Part shown: one piece after another, positions 26,227 through 36,641 of the stretch
Position numbering within the stretch: position 1 is the stretch's first letter
Layout of the letters: every line of letters begins with the position of its first letter
Origin: Sphingomonas sp.
GTDB taxonomy: Bacteria > Pseudomonadota > Alphaproteobacteria > Sphingomonadales > Sphingomonadaceae
Direction: 5' to 3'
Assembly: GCA_965217805.1 (NCBI GenBank)
Contig: CBDCJJ010000006.1
Span: forward strand, 269,806-333,805
Length of the DNA stretch: 64,000 nt
Program-made: the position numbers and the translations under genes
The notes under the pieces: generated by a model
Told to the model about the DNA's origin: nothing
The model's database searches: none
Seen by the model: the letters and a program-made list of their open reading frames with translations, nothing else

Positions 26227-26311
26227 CTTTCTGGAACGTGTAAGACCTCGCTCCGGTGGACTGGTTCAGTCGGTCATGTCGCGGCCGCACCGGGGCATTG
26301 AGAGGTGCGTG

Positions 26312-27274
26312 CTAAGCTGCCGGTTCGGCGACCTGCTGCTGCTCGAACGGCGTCTCGTCAGCTTCGTAATTGTGGACGAAGTCATGCGGGACCTCTGGCC
26401 CCCAGTTGGCGAGGCTATCCGCCATCTCGTAGTTTGTCGGGATCCACAGGGCATAGTCGTCGATGTGATCCATGTCGGAATAATATTCGAACCAGGACCC
26501 CCAAGGATCCTGGATATAGTGGAAGAAGTTGGAGCCGATCGTATGGCGGCCAAATCCCCAGTCGCCGCGACCCGACGCCGCGAGCAGGGCACGCCCGCCG
26601 CGTCCGACCTCGTCGGGATCGTGCACCTGCAGGCTGGCGTGATGAAAACCGATATCGGGCGACTTCGCAAAGGCGACGACGTGATGATCGGAGTTCTTGC
26701 GCGCACAGCAGAAGGCAATGACATCCTGCGCGCGGTCGGCCAGCCCCATGCCTAGCGCCTCGGTCATGAACGCGACGCTGCGCGGTACGTCGGGGCTGAA
26801 CAAGAGCAAATGCCCGAGCCGCAGCGGCTTGACAGGCGGATAGGCCGACTCCGGCAGCATGGCCGAGCGCCGGGTCCTCACGACACGGCCGGGCGCGTTG
26901 ATCGTATACGGGTCGCGCGCGGCGAGCTCGGGGTCGGCGGCTCGCTCGGACATATGGATCAGCATTCCATTTGGGTCGGTAACCCACAAACCATTGTCCT
27001 CGAACCCTTCCGGCGCGGCGACCACCTTGCCCCCCTGCTCACTGACCCGCGCGGCGATGGTGTCCAGCTCGTCGGCGCGCAGCGAGATATGGTGAAGCCG
27101 CTTTCGCGTCGCCCCTCCCAGTAGTACGATCGTGTCGCGATCCTGACTGTCGCATCGCAGCCGCGCGACATCTCCGTCGCGCGTCGCGACCAGCCCGGCA
27201 TCCGTGTAGAACTTGACGCCCGGCGCAAGCTCCGGCACCTCCAGCGTCACCGACAACGCTCCAAGCACAGTCAT
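26312..27274 (-). CDS. VOC-superfamily extradiol ring-cleavage dioxygenase (two-domain)
   Basis: Two glyoxalase/VOC modules with His/Glu-containing motifs (HHISL, HHVAF, FHHASLQV, FFHYIQDPWG..FEYY). Confidence 0.7.
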   Translation of the reverse strand: MTVLGALSVTLEVPELAPGVKFYTDAGLVATRDGDVARLRCDSQDRDTIVLLGGATRKRLHHISLRADELDTIAARVSEQGGKVVAAPEGFEDNGLWVTDPNGMLIHMSERAADPELAARDPYTINAPGRVVRTRRSAMLPESAYPPVKPLRLGHLLLFSPDVPRSVAFMTEALGMGLADRAQDVIAFCCARKNSDHHVVAFAKSPDIGFHHASLQVHDPDEVGRGGRALLAASGRGDWGFGRHTIGSNFFHYIQDPWGSWFEYYSDMDHIDDYALWIPTNYEMADSLANWGPEVPHDFVHNYEADETPFEQQQVAEPAA

Positions 27275-27290
27275 TTCTATTCTCCTTGCA

Positions 27291-28130
27291 TCACGCGACC
27301 CGGTTCTCGATCGCGCCGATCCGATCGATCTCGCAGCGCACCACGTCTCCCGATCGCAGGAACTGCTGCGGCTCCATGCCGACGCCCACGCCTTCGGGCG
27401 TGCCGGTCGCGATCAGGTCGCCCGGCTCCAGCGTGAACGCGGTCGAGAGATAGGCGATCTGCGCCCAAAGGTTGTTGACCATCTGGCTCGTGTTGCTCGA
27501 CTGACGAAGCTCGCCGTTCACATAGGCGCGTAAATCCAGGTCATGCGGGTCGCCGATCTCGTCGGCGGTAACGATCCATGGCCCGATCGGTCCGTGCGTG
27601 TCGAACGACTTGCCCATCGTGAAGGTCGGCGTGTGGAACTGCCAGTCGCGCGCCGAGACGTCGTTGGCGACTGTGTAGCCGAACACATAATTCTTCGCGT
27701 CCGCCTCCGATACGCCCTTGGCGCGCTTGCCGATCACCGCGGCGAGCTCGACTTCATAGTCCAGCTTCTCGGTGACGCCGGGCTCGATCGCGTCGAACGG
27801 ACCGCTGATGCAGGTCACCTGCTTGTTGAACCAGGTCTGGTACGCAGCCCGCGCCACCCCCAGCCTGTCCGCCTCGGCGACATGCTTGGCATAGTTCATC
27901 CCGATCGCAAGATACTTGCCCGGCCGCTCGATCGGCGCCAGAAGCCGGGCGTCCCGCAACGATAACGTCTCGGCAACCGCATCGCCCTCTGCCTCGACAT
28001 TCGATAGCCCCTCTCGCCCCGCTTCGATCAAGGCGAGCATCGTAGGATATGATGTGACCGGCGCGATTACGTCGCCCTTGACGACGCCAAGTGCCGCATC
28101 CGCTCCGTGTACGAACCTAACCAATTTCAT
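27291..28130 (-). CDS. Fumarylacetoacetate hydrolase (FAH) family protein
   Basis: ...NYAKH..E...P..F.K......DYEVELAAVIG......GYTVANDVSARDWQ....GKSFDT..P.GPW... is the typical FAH signature. Confidence 0.85.
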   Translation of the reverse strand: MKLVRFVHGADAALGVVKGDVIAPVTSYPTMLALIEAGREGLSNVEAEGDAVAETLSLRDARLLAPIERPGKYLAIGMNYAKHVAEADRLGVARAAYQTWFNKQVTCISGPFDAIEPGVTEKLDYEVELAAVIGKRAKGVSEADAKNYVFGYTVANDVSARDWQFHTPTFTMGKSFDTHGPIGPWIVTADEIGDPHDLDLRAYVNGELRQSSNTSQMVNNLWAQIAYLSTAFTLEPGDLIATGTPEGVGVGMEPQQFLRSGDVVRCEIDRIGAIENRVA

Positions 28131-28160
28131 ACGTGAAGCTCCATGGTCCGGCTGAACTTG

Positions 28161-29156
28161 TCATCGCTTGATGGCTGCGCATAAGCGATCCCAATTGCCG
28201 CTCGCGATCCCCTCGCGACCCGCGCTGCCGAGCTCCGCCTCTTCGACAAACGCGCGAGCCGCATTGCCCTCGCTCATGATATAGGGATAATCCGTCGCGA
28301 AGAGGATTCGCTCAATGCCAAGCGCCTCCGCGGCCCAGCGGAGGTAGCGCTGGCTATAAATGCCGGCGGGCGTGACATGAATATTGTTGCGGAAATAATC
28401 CGAGACCGGGCGCTGAAGCTTCATGATCTGCGGCGGCAGACCCGACAGGATATCCAGCCGCTCGAGGTAGAACAGAACCACTTCGCCCCAGTGGCCCAGA
28501 ATGATCTGAAGATCTGGATAGCGATCGAAAACACCCGACAGCACGAGCCGTACCGCCTGGATTCCGGTCTCGAAATGCCAGCCAATTCCCGCGGTTGCAA
28601 AGATGGTATCGAGAGGCGGGCTGAAACCGTCGTAATAGGCGGCCCGAACCGGCGCACTCGGCGATTGCGGATGAAGGTATAATGGTGCCCGGAGTGTCGC
28701 GGCCGCCTCGAAGATCGGCAGGAAGTCGGGATGATCGAGATTGCGTTCGCCAGTCCGACCATGAAGCATCGCACCATTCAGGCCAAGCTTGATCGCGCGC
28801 TCCAATTCTCGCGCGGCGGCATCCGGTGCCGGGGTCGGTAGCGTCGCAAAACCTTGAAGCCGCGCCGGATGAGCGCGGATCGCCTCGACCACGACGTCGT
28901 TTGCCTGTGCCGAAAGGGCGATGGCAGCGTCGGCATCGAGATTCTGCGTGCCCGGCGTCGTCAGCGACAGCACCTGCACGTCGACCCCCATCGCGTCCAT
29001 GTGCTCGATGCGCCGATCACCGAGATCAAACAGCCGTTCCTCGAAACCCGGCGCGCGCAACGCGAGATCCTGCCGTTCAGGGCTGAGCGCCCGCCATGCC
29101 GCCATGATCTCCGGTGTCGCGAAATGCTCTTCCAGTGCGACGATCTTCATGCGCAA
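28161..29156 (-). CDS. Amidohydrolase-2 family enzyme (ACMSD / hydroxyaromatic-acid decarboxylase-like)
   Basis: KIVALEEHF..., HP..., ILGHWGE..., ILFATDYPY are the metal ligands and motifs of PF04909-type decarboxylases/hydratases. Confidence 0.8.
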   Translation of the reverse strand: MRMKIVALEEHFATPEIMAAWRALSPERQDLALRAPGFEERLFDLGDRRIEHMDAMGVDVQVLSLTTPGTQNLDADAAIALSAQANDVVVEAIRAHPARLQGFATLPTPAPDAAARELERAIKLGLNGAMLHGRTGERNLDHPDFLPIFEAAATLRAPLYLHPQSPSAPVRAAYYDGFSPPLDTIFATAGIGWHFETGIQAVRLVLSGVFDRYPDLQIILGHWGEVVLFYLERLDILSGLPPQIMKLQRPVSDYFRNNIHVTPAGIYSQRYLRWAAEALGIERILFATDYPYIMSEGNAARAFVEEAELGSAGREGIASGNWDRLCAAIKR

Positions 29157-29295
29157 TTCTCCACGCTCAGCAAGTCAGGCGGGCTGAGGCCATAGCAGCC
29201 GTAAAGATCACGCGGCAGCGGTGCGTCGCACCGCGCTGAAACATTGGCCGCTCCGACGGGACGCGCGACACAGGCGATAAGCTTGAACGAGACCA

Positions 29296-31656
29296 TCAGT
29301 CGAACTTGAAGCTCAACTGGACGCCGTAGGTTGCGGGCATTCCGGTATATCGCCGAAGTGTGTCACCGCCGGCGGCGACATTATTCCAGTAATATTGATT
29401 GAAGATGTTGCGGCCGTAGAAACCAGCGCTCCAGCGCCCGTTTGCGGCCTCGATGCCGGCCCTTAGGTCAGCGAGCCAATAGCTATCAATTGTAAGACGA
29501 GGATCGCCGCCAAAACCCGACGTCGTTGAGCTGCGGTAGTTGGCGTTGGCTCCGATATAACCAACAAGCGTCGGCGAAATCGGAATGCGGTCCTCTGCGT
29601 CGAAAACCAGCTGCCACTTGGGCGTATAGGGAAAGGCATTGCCACCAAAGTTCGCCTGCGCGCCCAGCAAGCTGTAGTTGATGAAGTCACCTCTTACCTT
29701 GGTGTCGAGGTATGTTGCGGCAGCCGAGAGGCTCAGGCCCTGCACTGGTCGAACCGTCGCCTGCGCCTCGGCGCCGACAATGCGGCTCTTCGGAATGTTG
29801 ACGAGCGCGCTCTGTGCACCGAAGATGTTAGGCGTAAAGACGTTGCGACCGAGAAGCTGCTTGTCGCGATAATCGTAATAGAAGCCAGCAGCGGTCATAT
29901 CGAGGGTGCGGTTGAACATTGAGGTTTTGATGCCAGCCTCATAGGCGAGCACGGATTCCTGTGTCACTGGCCGGAACTGCTCGACGCTGGACGCGCCGGG
30001 TGCCGAGATACTGCCGCCCTTATAGCCCTTGCTGACATTTACGTATAGTAGCGTCCGCGGCGTGGGTTTGAAGTCGAGACCCGCCCTCCACGATATGTTG
30101 TCCTCGTTCAAATTGCCGGAAGCGAGCGCGGGGTTGTACTGAGCGTTCAGCGACGCGCATTGTCCTACCGTAAGCGCAGCGATGGGCCCTAATCCGGCGC
30201 CAGCACGAACGAAGTTGATCGTACCGGTATATGTCGTGGCGCTAAACTGATTTTGTACCCTGAGGCACCCGCTATAATCGAGGTCCTGCCTTGTATAGCG
30301 AATGCCCCCAGTCAGGCGCAGGCGCGTGGCCGCTTGATACGTGGCGTCGGCGAATACCGCCTTCGTATCGAACTTCTGGTGGGCGAACGCAGCATCATTA
30401 TCACCTGCGATCGGCGTGGTCGTCGCATACCCGGTCAACGTTGCGACAAGTTCATCTGTCGTGTCGTGTTGGTAATTCGCGCCAACAATATAGTGCAGCG
30501 GCCCGACATCGCCCGATGCCCGCACTTCCTCGGAAATTGAATCAACCGTGCCTACATCGGTGACGTTGAAATTGTTGAGGGTCGTGCCGTCGCTCAAATA
30601 GCTATTCACATGCTCGCGCGAGTAGGACGTCAACGATGTCAAGGTCAGTTGACCAGATACCTCGTAATCGGCACGCAGGACACCCTGATAGAAAGAGTTC
30701 TTGCGCGGGAAATCCGATCCCGGATTCCAGTCAGCCGCCCGATCGTTCTGCGGCGCAGTGGGATAAGTGAGCAAAAGAGGTGTATAGGCGCGCGACTTGA
30801 AGGCCCCGATGAACTGCGGCGCCTGATTGTCAGACCCGTCGTAGAAGCCGTTGACGTTCGCCAGGACGGTCAGCTTGTCTGTGGGCTTCCAGTCGAGCAG
30901 CAAGCGTGCTTGCGTGAAGTTTTGTCTGCCGATCGTGTCGTCGCGCGTGTAGCTGCGCTGCCAGTCGCTGCTCTGTTGTGTATGCACTGCGATCCGCGCA
31001 TCAAGCGTGCTCGTTAGCGGGCCGCTGACGTGCGCCTGAACGTCGGTCATGTTGAATCGACCGTAGGAGGCGCTGATCCCGGCAGAGAAGACGTCGGTAG
31101 GTTTCGCAGCGATGTAGTTGATCGCACCGCCGGTCGAGCTCTGCCCGAACAACGTTCCTTGAGGTCCTTTCAGAACCTCGACGCGTTCGAGATCAAATGC
31201 GCCGGCCTTTGCCTCGATAGAGAAGGGAAGCGGCGCTTCGTCCATATAGACGCTGACGGTAGGCCGTGCGCCGATCGTGTTGTCGAAAAATCCAACGCCG
31301 CGCAACGAAAAGATCGGTGCCGCCTTGCCAGTATCGGCGAAGGTCAGCCCTGGGGTGACCTTCACAAGATCCTGAACATCGTTGATTCCCTTGCTGACGA
31401 GTTGGGCGCCGGTAAGCGCGGTCACGGAGACGGGAACATCTGAAAGCGCCTGAGAGCGCTTTTGCGCAGTCACGATGATGTCCTGGCTGCCGAGATCGTT
31501 CGTCGCCGCTAGCGGCAGTGCGGCCGGCGCTGGGACCTGATCCACCGGCGCAGCGCTCGGCGTAACCTGGGCCGCTGCTTGCGTGGCAGTAGTGACACCG
31601 AGCACGGAAGTCCCCAAGGCGAGAACCCGTACCAGCCGCAGCTTCGATCCGATCAT
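29296..31656 (-). CDS. TonB-dependent receptor
   Basis: Start taken at MIGSKLRLVRVLALGTSVLGVTTATQAAAQ (GGAGAGGG upstream). Plug motif DIIVTAQKR, terminal ...YGVQLSFKFD. Confidence 0.9.
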   Translation of the reverse strand: MIGSKLRLVRVLALGTSVLGVTTATQAAAQVTPSAAPVDQVPAPAALPLAATNDLGSQDIIVTAQKRSQALSDVPVSVTALTGAQLVSKGINDVQDLVKVTPGLTFADTGKAAPIFSLRGVGFFDNTIGARPTVSVYMDEAPLPFSIEAKAGAFDLERVEVLKGPQGTLFGQSSTGGAINYIAAKPTDVFSAGISASYGRFNMTDVQAHVSGPLTSTLDARIAVHTQQSSDWQRSYTRDDTIGRQNFTQARLLLDWKPTDKLTVLANVNGFYDGSDNQAPQFIGAFKSRAYTPLLLTYPTAPQNDRAADWNPGSDFPRKNSFYQGVLRADYEVSGQLTLTSLTSYSREHVNSYLSDGTTLNNFNVTDVGTVDSISEEVRASGDVGPLHYIVGANYQHDTTDELVATLTGYATTTPIAGDNDAAFAHQKFDTKAVFADATYQAATRLRLTGGIRYTRQDLDYSGCLRVQNQFSATTYTGTINFVRAGAGLGPIAALTVGQCASLNAQYNPALASGNLNEDNISWRAGLDFKPTPRTLLYVNVSKGYKGGSISAPGASSVEQFRPVTQESVLAYEAGIKTSMFNRTLDMTAAGFYYDYRDKQLLGRNVFTPNIFGAQSALVNIPKSRIVGAEAQATVRPVQGLSLSAAATYLDTKVRGDFINYSLLGAQANFGGNAFPYTPKWQLVFDAEDRIPISPTLVGYIGANANYRSSTTSGFGGDPRLTIDSYWLADLRAGIEAANGRWSAGFYGRNIFNQYYWNNVAAGGDTLRRYTGMPATYGVQLSFKFD

Positions 31657-31752
31657 GACCCTCTCCCCATCTCGCCCGCGCCGTGTCCGCTGCGCACGGC
31701 TTCTGCTGGTTAGCCTACGCGCCTTTTCCAGACAAGCCAAGCCCGATGTCCG

Positions 31753-31768
31753 ATGGGCCACCGTTCAT
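31753..31768 (-). promoter_or_regulatory. Recurrent 16-bp motif, copy 1 (ATGGGCCACCGTTCAT on + strand)
   Basis: Lies 97 bp upstream of the TonB-receptor start at 31656. One mismatch to the other three copies. Confidence 0.5.
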
Positions 31769-32000
31769 CGACCAACGCCCGGAAGTGGATTGGGAACGCC
31801 ACTCGGGCATTCGGGGGCGATTCCCTGATACTGTTAGAATGATCGTTGATCAGCGAAGCCACGCCGGGGTGCCATGTTCGTCGTATGATGCCGCCTGTGA
31901 CACTATGAAAGTGAACTATGGTCCGTTGATCACAACGAGCGCGGATGCTATCGGGTCATCGATCGTTGTCGTGCGGCGCACTTGGAGGAGGTGTTTCAGA

Positions 32001-32519
32001 ATGGGCATTGCGCCTCTTGCTCTTATGGTATCGATCGCCGCGCTTGGGGTTGAGCCATTGCCTACACCCGCGGGAACGCTTCCGGTCAGATCTTATCTCC
32101 CGCTCGCCATGGCGCAGACTGCCGCGTCGGCAGCGATGACCAAGTGCCGGGCGAACGGATTTTCCGTCGTCGTGTTCGTGTTGGATCGTGCAGGCGAACC
32201 GATCGTCATGTTGCGCGGTGACGACGTCAGTCCACACCACGTCGATTCCGCTCGCCGCAAGGCGTTCACCGCGCTGACGTTCAAGATGCCATCTGGCGAT
32301 CTGGCGACCTTCATCGAACGAAACCCAAGCGCCGCAGGCCTCAAGGATATGAACGGGGTAATCGCGTTTGGCGGCGGCCTGCCGATCCGGAGCGGCGCTG
32401 ATATCGTGGGTTCGATTGGCGTCGCCGGCGCGTGGGTCAAGGGCGCGACCGGAGATAAGGAAGCAGATGTCGTTTGCGCCCAAGCTGGCCTCGACAGCAT
32501 CGCGGCTCGGCTGAAGTGA
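32001..32519 (+). CDS. GlcG/HbpS-like (DUF336) haem-binding-type protein with signal peptide
   Basis: ATG at 32001 after GGAGGAGG. ...DRAGEPIVMLRGDDVSPHHVDSARRKAFTALTF...GGGLPIRSGADIVGSIGVAGA... is characteristic of the family. Confidence 0.7.
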   Translation: MGIAPLALMVSIAALGVEPLPTPAGTLPVRSYLPLAMAQTAASAAMTKCRANGFSVVVFVLDRAGEPIVMLRGDDVSPHHVDSARRKAFTALTFKMPSGDLATFIERNPSAAGLKDMNGVIAFGGGLPIRSGADIVGSIGVAGAWVKGATGDKEADVVCAQAGLDSIAARLK

Positions 32520-32580
32520 ACAGCGGACCCATCCGCGCCCGGCCTGCTCGACGCTTTCGCTCGCACCGAGATCATCACGG

Positions 32581-33909
32581 ATGACAAGAACCGCCGTCCC
32601 GGCCGTTTCGCGGCAGGCGAAATTAACCTTGGCGTTCATGTTCGCGGCGGCGACGCTCAACTATATGGACCGGGCGCTTCTCGGCGTGTTGCAAGAGGCG
32701 ATCAAGGTCGATCTGTCGCTCACCGATACGCAACTCGGGCTTGCCGGAGGGCCGGCCTTTGCCATCCTCTATACGTTGATGACGATCCCGCTCAGTCGTG
32801 TGGCCGACCGCAGTCACCGTACTCGATTGATGGTAGGGATCCTCAGCTTCTGGAGCGTCATGACGGCGCTTTGCGGTGCGGTCGCGAATTTCGGCCAGTT
32901 GCTGCTCGCGCGCTTTGCTGTCAGCATCGGCGAGTCCGGCGGCACGCCGATTGCTCAATCGCTCCTATCGGATCGCTTCCCGCCGGCGCGGCGTGCAGGT
33001 GCGCTGTCGATCTACACCGCCGGCGGGTTCATGGGCTACCTTGTAGCCGGCTTTCTCGGCGGAGCCATTGAGCATTCTCTCGGGTGGCGTGCGACCTTTG
33101 CGATTTGCGGTGGCCTTGGTGTTGCGGTTGCATTCCTGCTCGCACTTTTTGTCCAGGAGCCGAAGCGCTTGAACGCGCCTGCGGCTCGCGCTGTGCCGCT
33201 GCTCGAAGCCCTGCACGCGTTCAAGACCAGGAGGAGCTTCATTCACCTGTGCGTTGGCATGGGCCTGGCCAGCTTCTCGATCAACGCGATCGTATCCTTC
33301 TTCACGTCCTTTCTGCATCGCTGCTATGATCTGCCGCTGAACAAGGCCGCGTTGATCGCTGGCTTGATGACCGGCGGGGTGGGCATGGTCAGCAGTTTCG
33401 GAACTGGTTTTGCGATCGACCGGTTGCGTAAACGTGAACCGCGGATCGGCTTTTTGCTCGCTATGGCTGGGTGCGTTATCGGGTGTTTGTCTTACCTCAT
33501 CATTTTCCAGATGACGTCCTTGTCGCTTGCGCTACCGGTGATGATCTTCGCTGCTTTCTTCGGACAGATCTATCTCGCCGCCGGCTGGTCGAGCGCCCAA
33601 GACGTGGCCCCTCAGCATCTGCGCGCCACCGCTGCTGGGCTCGTCACGCTCGCGATCGGCCTGTTTGGCATCGGCACCGCTCCACCGCTGCTTGGCCTCG
33701 TCAGCGATGCCGTTGCTGCGTCGCATCTTGCCGGAACCGGCCTCTCGCCTCAATCATGCGCGGCGCTCGCGGCCGATCCTCGCTGCGCCGTCGCTCTGGC
33801 AGCGGGAGTGCGCGCGGGCCTGTCGGTGATCAGCCTGCCCCTGCTCTGGGCCGCCTTTCATTTCTGGCGCGGCAGCCGTAGCGTCGTTGCCGACATTTCG
33901 ACGCTCTGA
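32581..33909 (+). CDS. MFS transporter
   Basis: 442 aa and about 12 TM segments. Motif-A-like LSRVADRSHRTRLM. Confidence 0.85.
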   Translation: MTRTAVPAVSRQAKLTLAFMFAAATLNYMDRALLGVLQEAIKVDLSLTDTQLGLAGGPAFAILYTLMTIPLSRVADRSHRTRLMVGILSFWSVMTALCGAVANFGQLLLARFAVSIGESGGTPIAQSLLSDRFPPARRAGALSIYTAGGFMGYLVAGFLGGAIEHSLGWRATFAICGGLGVAVAFLLALFVQEPKRLNAPAARAVPLLEALHAFKTRRSFIHLCVGMGLASFSINAIVSFFTSFLHRCYDLPLNKAALIAGLMTGGVGMVSSFGTGFAIDRLRKREPRIGFLLAMAGCVIGCLSYLIIFQMTSLSLALPVMIFAAFFGQIYLAAGWSSAQDVAPQHLRATAAGLVTLAIGLFGIGTAPPLLGLVSDAVAASHLAGTGLSPQSCAALAADPRCAVALAAGVRAGLSVISLPLLWAAFHFWRGSRSVVADISTL

Positions 33910-33912
33910 TCC

Positions 33913-34845
33913 ATGCGCGCCTTCCTCTATCGCGACTATGCAGCCGACATCGAACTGATCGACCTTCCCCTTCCCTCACTCGCCGAAGACCAGGTTCTGG
34001 TCGAAGTCGAGGCGGCAGCGCTCAATCCGCGCGACCTCGCCATGCATTCGGGCGCGACACGCGAGGTCTTCGATGTCGTTTTCCCCTATATTGTCGGATC
34101 GGATCTCGCGGGTCGCGTGAAGGTGGTCGGTGCAGGTGTGTCGACGCGAGCAGTGGGCGACGCGATCATAGGCCGCTGTTCGCCTTTAGTGGGCGGCGCG
34201 TTCGCCGAAATTGCAGCGATCGACGAAGCGAATTGCGCCGCGTTGCCCAACGGCATGGGAATGGTCGAGGGCGCTGGAGTTCCGACGACCGCAGCAACGG
34301 CATGGCATGCGCTGTTCGATGCTCCGGGCCTCGGAGCTGGACAAAAGGTGCTGATCCACGCGGCTGCGGGCGGTGTCGGGAGCATCGCAGTGCAGTTCGC
34401 CAAAATCGCGGGCGCATTCGTCGTCGCAACGGCATCGGGCGAGGGCGTTAACCTCGTCGCCAAACTAGGCGCGGACGAGGTGATCGACTATCGCCAAGCC
34501 GACTTCGCTGCCCAGGTGCGCGACGTCGACCTTGTTCTCGATACCGTTGGGGGCGAGACACAGGACCGCTCCTATGGCGTCCTCAGGCCCGGTGGCCATC
34601 TTGCCTCGATCGTGCGCGAGCCGGACCAGGCGATGGCTCGTTCGATGGGTGTTCGCGCGACCCGAGTCAGCTACCGGCTAGCCCCTGGCGAACTGGAACA
34701 GCTGGTCCGATACATCGCATCAAATAAGATTGCGGTAACGATCGACAGTTGCTTTGCCATCGAAGAGTTCGACGCCGCGTTCGCGCGTCAGGCCACCGGC
34801 CGAGCACGCGGCAAAATCGTCGTGCGCATGGCCCAACGATCGTGA
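33913..34845 (+). CDS. NADPH:quinone oxidoreductase-like MDR (zinc-independent alcohol dehydrogenase family)
   Basis: ...VEVEAAALNPRD..., AAGGVGSIAVQFAK nucleotide-binding motif. Confidence 0.85.
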   Translation: MRAFLYRDYAADIELIDLPLPSLAEDQVLVEVEAAALNPRDLAMHSGATREVFDVVFPYIVGSDLAGRVKVVGAGVSTRAVGDAIIGRCSPLVGGAFAEIAAIDEANCAALPNGMGMVEGAGVPTTAATAWHALFDAPGLGAGQKVLIHAAAGGVGSIAVQFAKIAGAFVVATASGEGVNLVAKLGADEVIDYRQADFAAQVRDVDLVLDTVGGETQDRSYGVLRPGGHLASIVREPDQAMARSMGVRATRVSYRLAPGELEQLVRYIASNKIAVTIDSCFAIEEFDAAFARQATGRARGKIVVRMAQRS

Positions 34846-35121
34846 GCGTCTTGGCGCCGGCACTGGGAAGCCCCGTTTTCGCGGCTCGAGCGAGGTCTCC
34901 CGACGGCGGTTTGTCTTCCTTTTTGAGTTCTGACGTAGGCCAGGACACAGCAGTCGGTCGTTGCGCGAAACTGGTCTTTGACCTGTGCGCGGCTGAGCGG
35001 GAAGCCGCAGATCTAGTTGATTGTTCGCGACCAATCATCATCCGCGAAGGTCCGCATTGAGGCTAAGGCAAGAACGGCATGCCCCGTCAAGAGCCATTCG
35101 AGGGAGATCGGCAACGTGAAC

Positions 35122-35853
35122 ATGACCACATCGACCGTAGAATTGGGGTCGGCGCATGCCGAGATCAGCGCGCCCTCGCAGCCATCGGGGATCGGGGTCC
35201 TGCTGTACCCAACAATCTTCGGCATCGACCCGCCCATGCGCCACTTCGCGGCATATCTTGTCGCCCGCAATCACACAGTAGCAATCTGGGATCCCTATGA
35301 CGGCACGCCTGTCAGCGTGGATGTGATGGAGATGGTCGGCCGATCCAAGGCGATCGAAGATGATCACGCGACCGCCTCGCTTACCCGCGTCGTCGATCAT
35401 ATGCGCGACGCCTTAGGGCTTGGACAGATCGTGGGAATCGGTTGGTGCTTCGGCGGCCGTATTGGTCTATTGCACGCGGGACTCGACAGCCGTGTCGCGG
35501 CGCTCAGCACCTATAATCCGACGATATTGTCTCCCACACCGATCGAGATCAAGGGCGTTGGCGTCGTGAGCAGGGCTGACAATCCTGGGCAGACGATGGA
35601 TGAGTTCGATCTGGCGGGAAAGATAGCCGGTCCCGTACAGGTCACTCGACCCGCACACGACTTCACCCAGCCTGCCGAATACGAGAAATTGGTCGCTGCA
35701 TTGTTCGCGCGCGAGGCGCCGACCTTCTACGAATATTATCCAGGCGTCGGACACGGCTTCTCTTACACGCCGGGAGAGGCGAACGAGCAAGCGCAGCGTT
35801 ACGCTTGGAGTGGGACCGTGTCGCTGATCGACAGCTTCGCACCGATCGGCTGA
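35122..35853 (+). CDS. Dienelactone hydrolase family protein
   Basis: Alpha/beta-hydrolase pattern with GWCFGG nucleophile elbow and C-terminal YPGVGHGF. The start could instead be GTG at 35116. Confidence 0.7.
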   Translation: MTTSTVELGSAHAEISAPSQPSGIGVLLYPTIFGIDPPMRHFAAYLVARNHTVAIWDPYDGTPVSVDVMEMVGRSKAIEDDHATASLTRVVDHMRDALGLGQIVGIGWCFGGRIGLLHAGLDSRVAALSTYNPTILSPTPIEIKGVGVVSRADNPGQTMDEFDLAGKIAGPVQVTRPAHDFTQPAEYEKLVAALFAREAPTFYEYYPGVGHGFSYTPGEANEQAQRYAWSGTVSLIDSFAPIG

Positions 35854-35858
35854 GCGGG

Positions 35859-36611
35859 TTACCGGGCGAACCGCGGCGCTCTCTTCTCAAGAAACGCCGC
35901 GACCCCTTCGTCAGTGTCGGTTCGACGGGTCTTCTGGACCAACTCCCGCTCGAGGTCGACCAGCTCGGCCGAAGGGGCGCGTGCGGCATGCAGGTAACGC
36001 TTCAACCCGAGCAGTGCCGCCGGACTGTTTGCGCTGATTTGACGCGCGATCGCTAACGCTTCTTCGTCCAACGTTTCGACGGGCACGATCTTCGTGACCA
36101 AGCCCATCTGTAGCGCCTCTTCAGCGCCAAACAGGCGTCCGGTCAGGAGCAGCTCGGAAGCCCGAGCGTAGCCGATCTCGCTGGCCAGCTTGCGGGCCCC
36201 GCCGCCCGACGGGAAAATGCCCCATCGGGGTTCCGGCAGTCCAAAACGTGCGCCGGGCGTGCAAATTCGAATGTCAGAGCCGAGCGCCAGCTCGAAGCCA
36301 CCGGCAACGCACGCGCCGTCGATCGCGGCAATAATCGGTATCGGGAAGAACATGGTCTTGAGGAGTGCGACATCAACCAGCGAATCGACGTCCGGCATCT
36401 TCGTCAAGCCAGCGGAGAGATCGGCGCCGCTGCAGAACGCGCCTGCGGCGCCGGTCAAGATAACGCAAGACAACGAGCGCGCGGCCGCGAGCTCCGGCCA
36501 GAGCCGAGCGAGGTGTCGGTACATCGCTTCGTCCAAGGCGTTGCGCCTTGCCGGATTGTCGATCATGACGGCGACGATTCCGTCCTGGTGCTCTAAGACG
36601 CTGATGGGCAT
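35859..36611 (-). CDS. Enoyl-CoA hydratase/isomerase (crotonase) family
   Basis: ...NPARRNAL...LTGAGAFCSGADL...AAIDGACVAGGFELALGSDIRI.... Confidence 0.85.
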   Translation of the reverse strand: MPISVLEHQDGIVAVMIDNPARRNALDEAMYRHLARLWPELAAARSLSCVILTGAAGAFCSGADLSAGLTKMPDVDSLVDVALLKTMFFPIPIIAAIDGACVAGGFELALGSDIRICTPGARFGLPEPRWGIFPSGGGARKLASEIGYARASELLLTGRLFGAEEALQMGLVTKIVPVETLDEEALAIARQISANSPAALLGLKRYLHAARAPSAELVDLERELVQKTRRTDTDEGVAAFLEKRAPRFAR

Positions 36612-36641
36612 GCCTTCTTCCTGCCGAAGTTCTTCCTGCCC

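Noticed and set aside
26227-26311. Possible FMN riboswitch upstream of ribB
   Set aside because: Only a loose resemblance to the 3' half of the RFN element (GACCGACTGAACCAGTCCACCGGAGCGAGG). The 5' conserved GGGCAGGGTGAAATTCCC-type core is absent, and the spacer to the upstream gene is only about 85 nt. A covariance-model scan (Rfam RF00050) would settle it.
31683-32000. N-terminal 106 aa of the 278-aa ORF preceding the GlcG-like domain
   Set aside because: This part has no family-like sequence and overlaps the TonB-receptor promoter region and the 16-bp motif. A strong GGAGGAGG-ATG at 32001, followed by a signal-peptide-like segment, is the better start.
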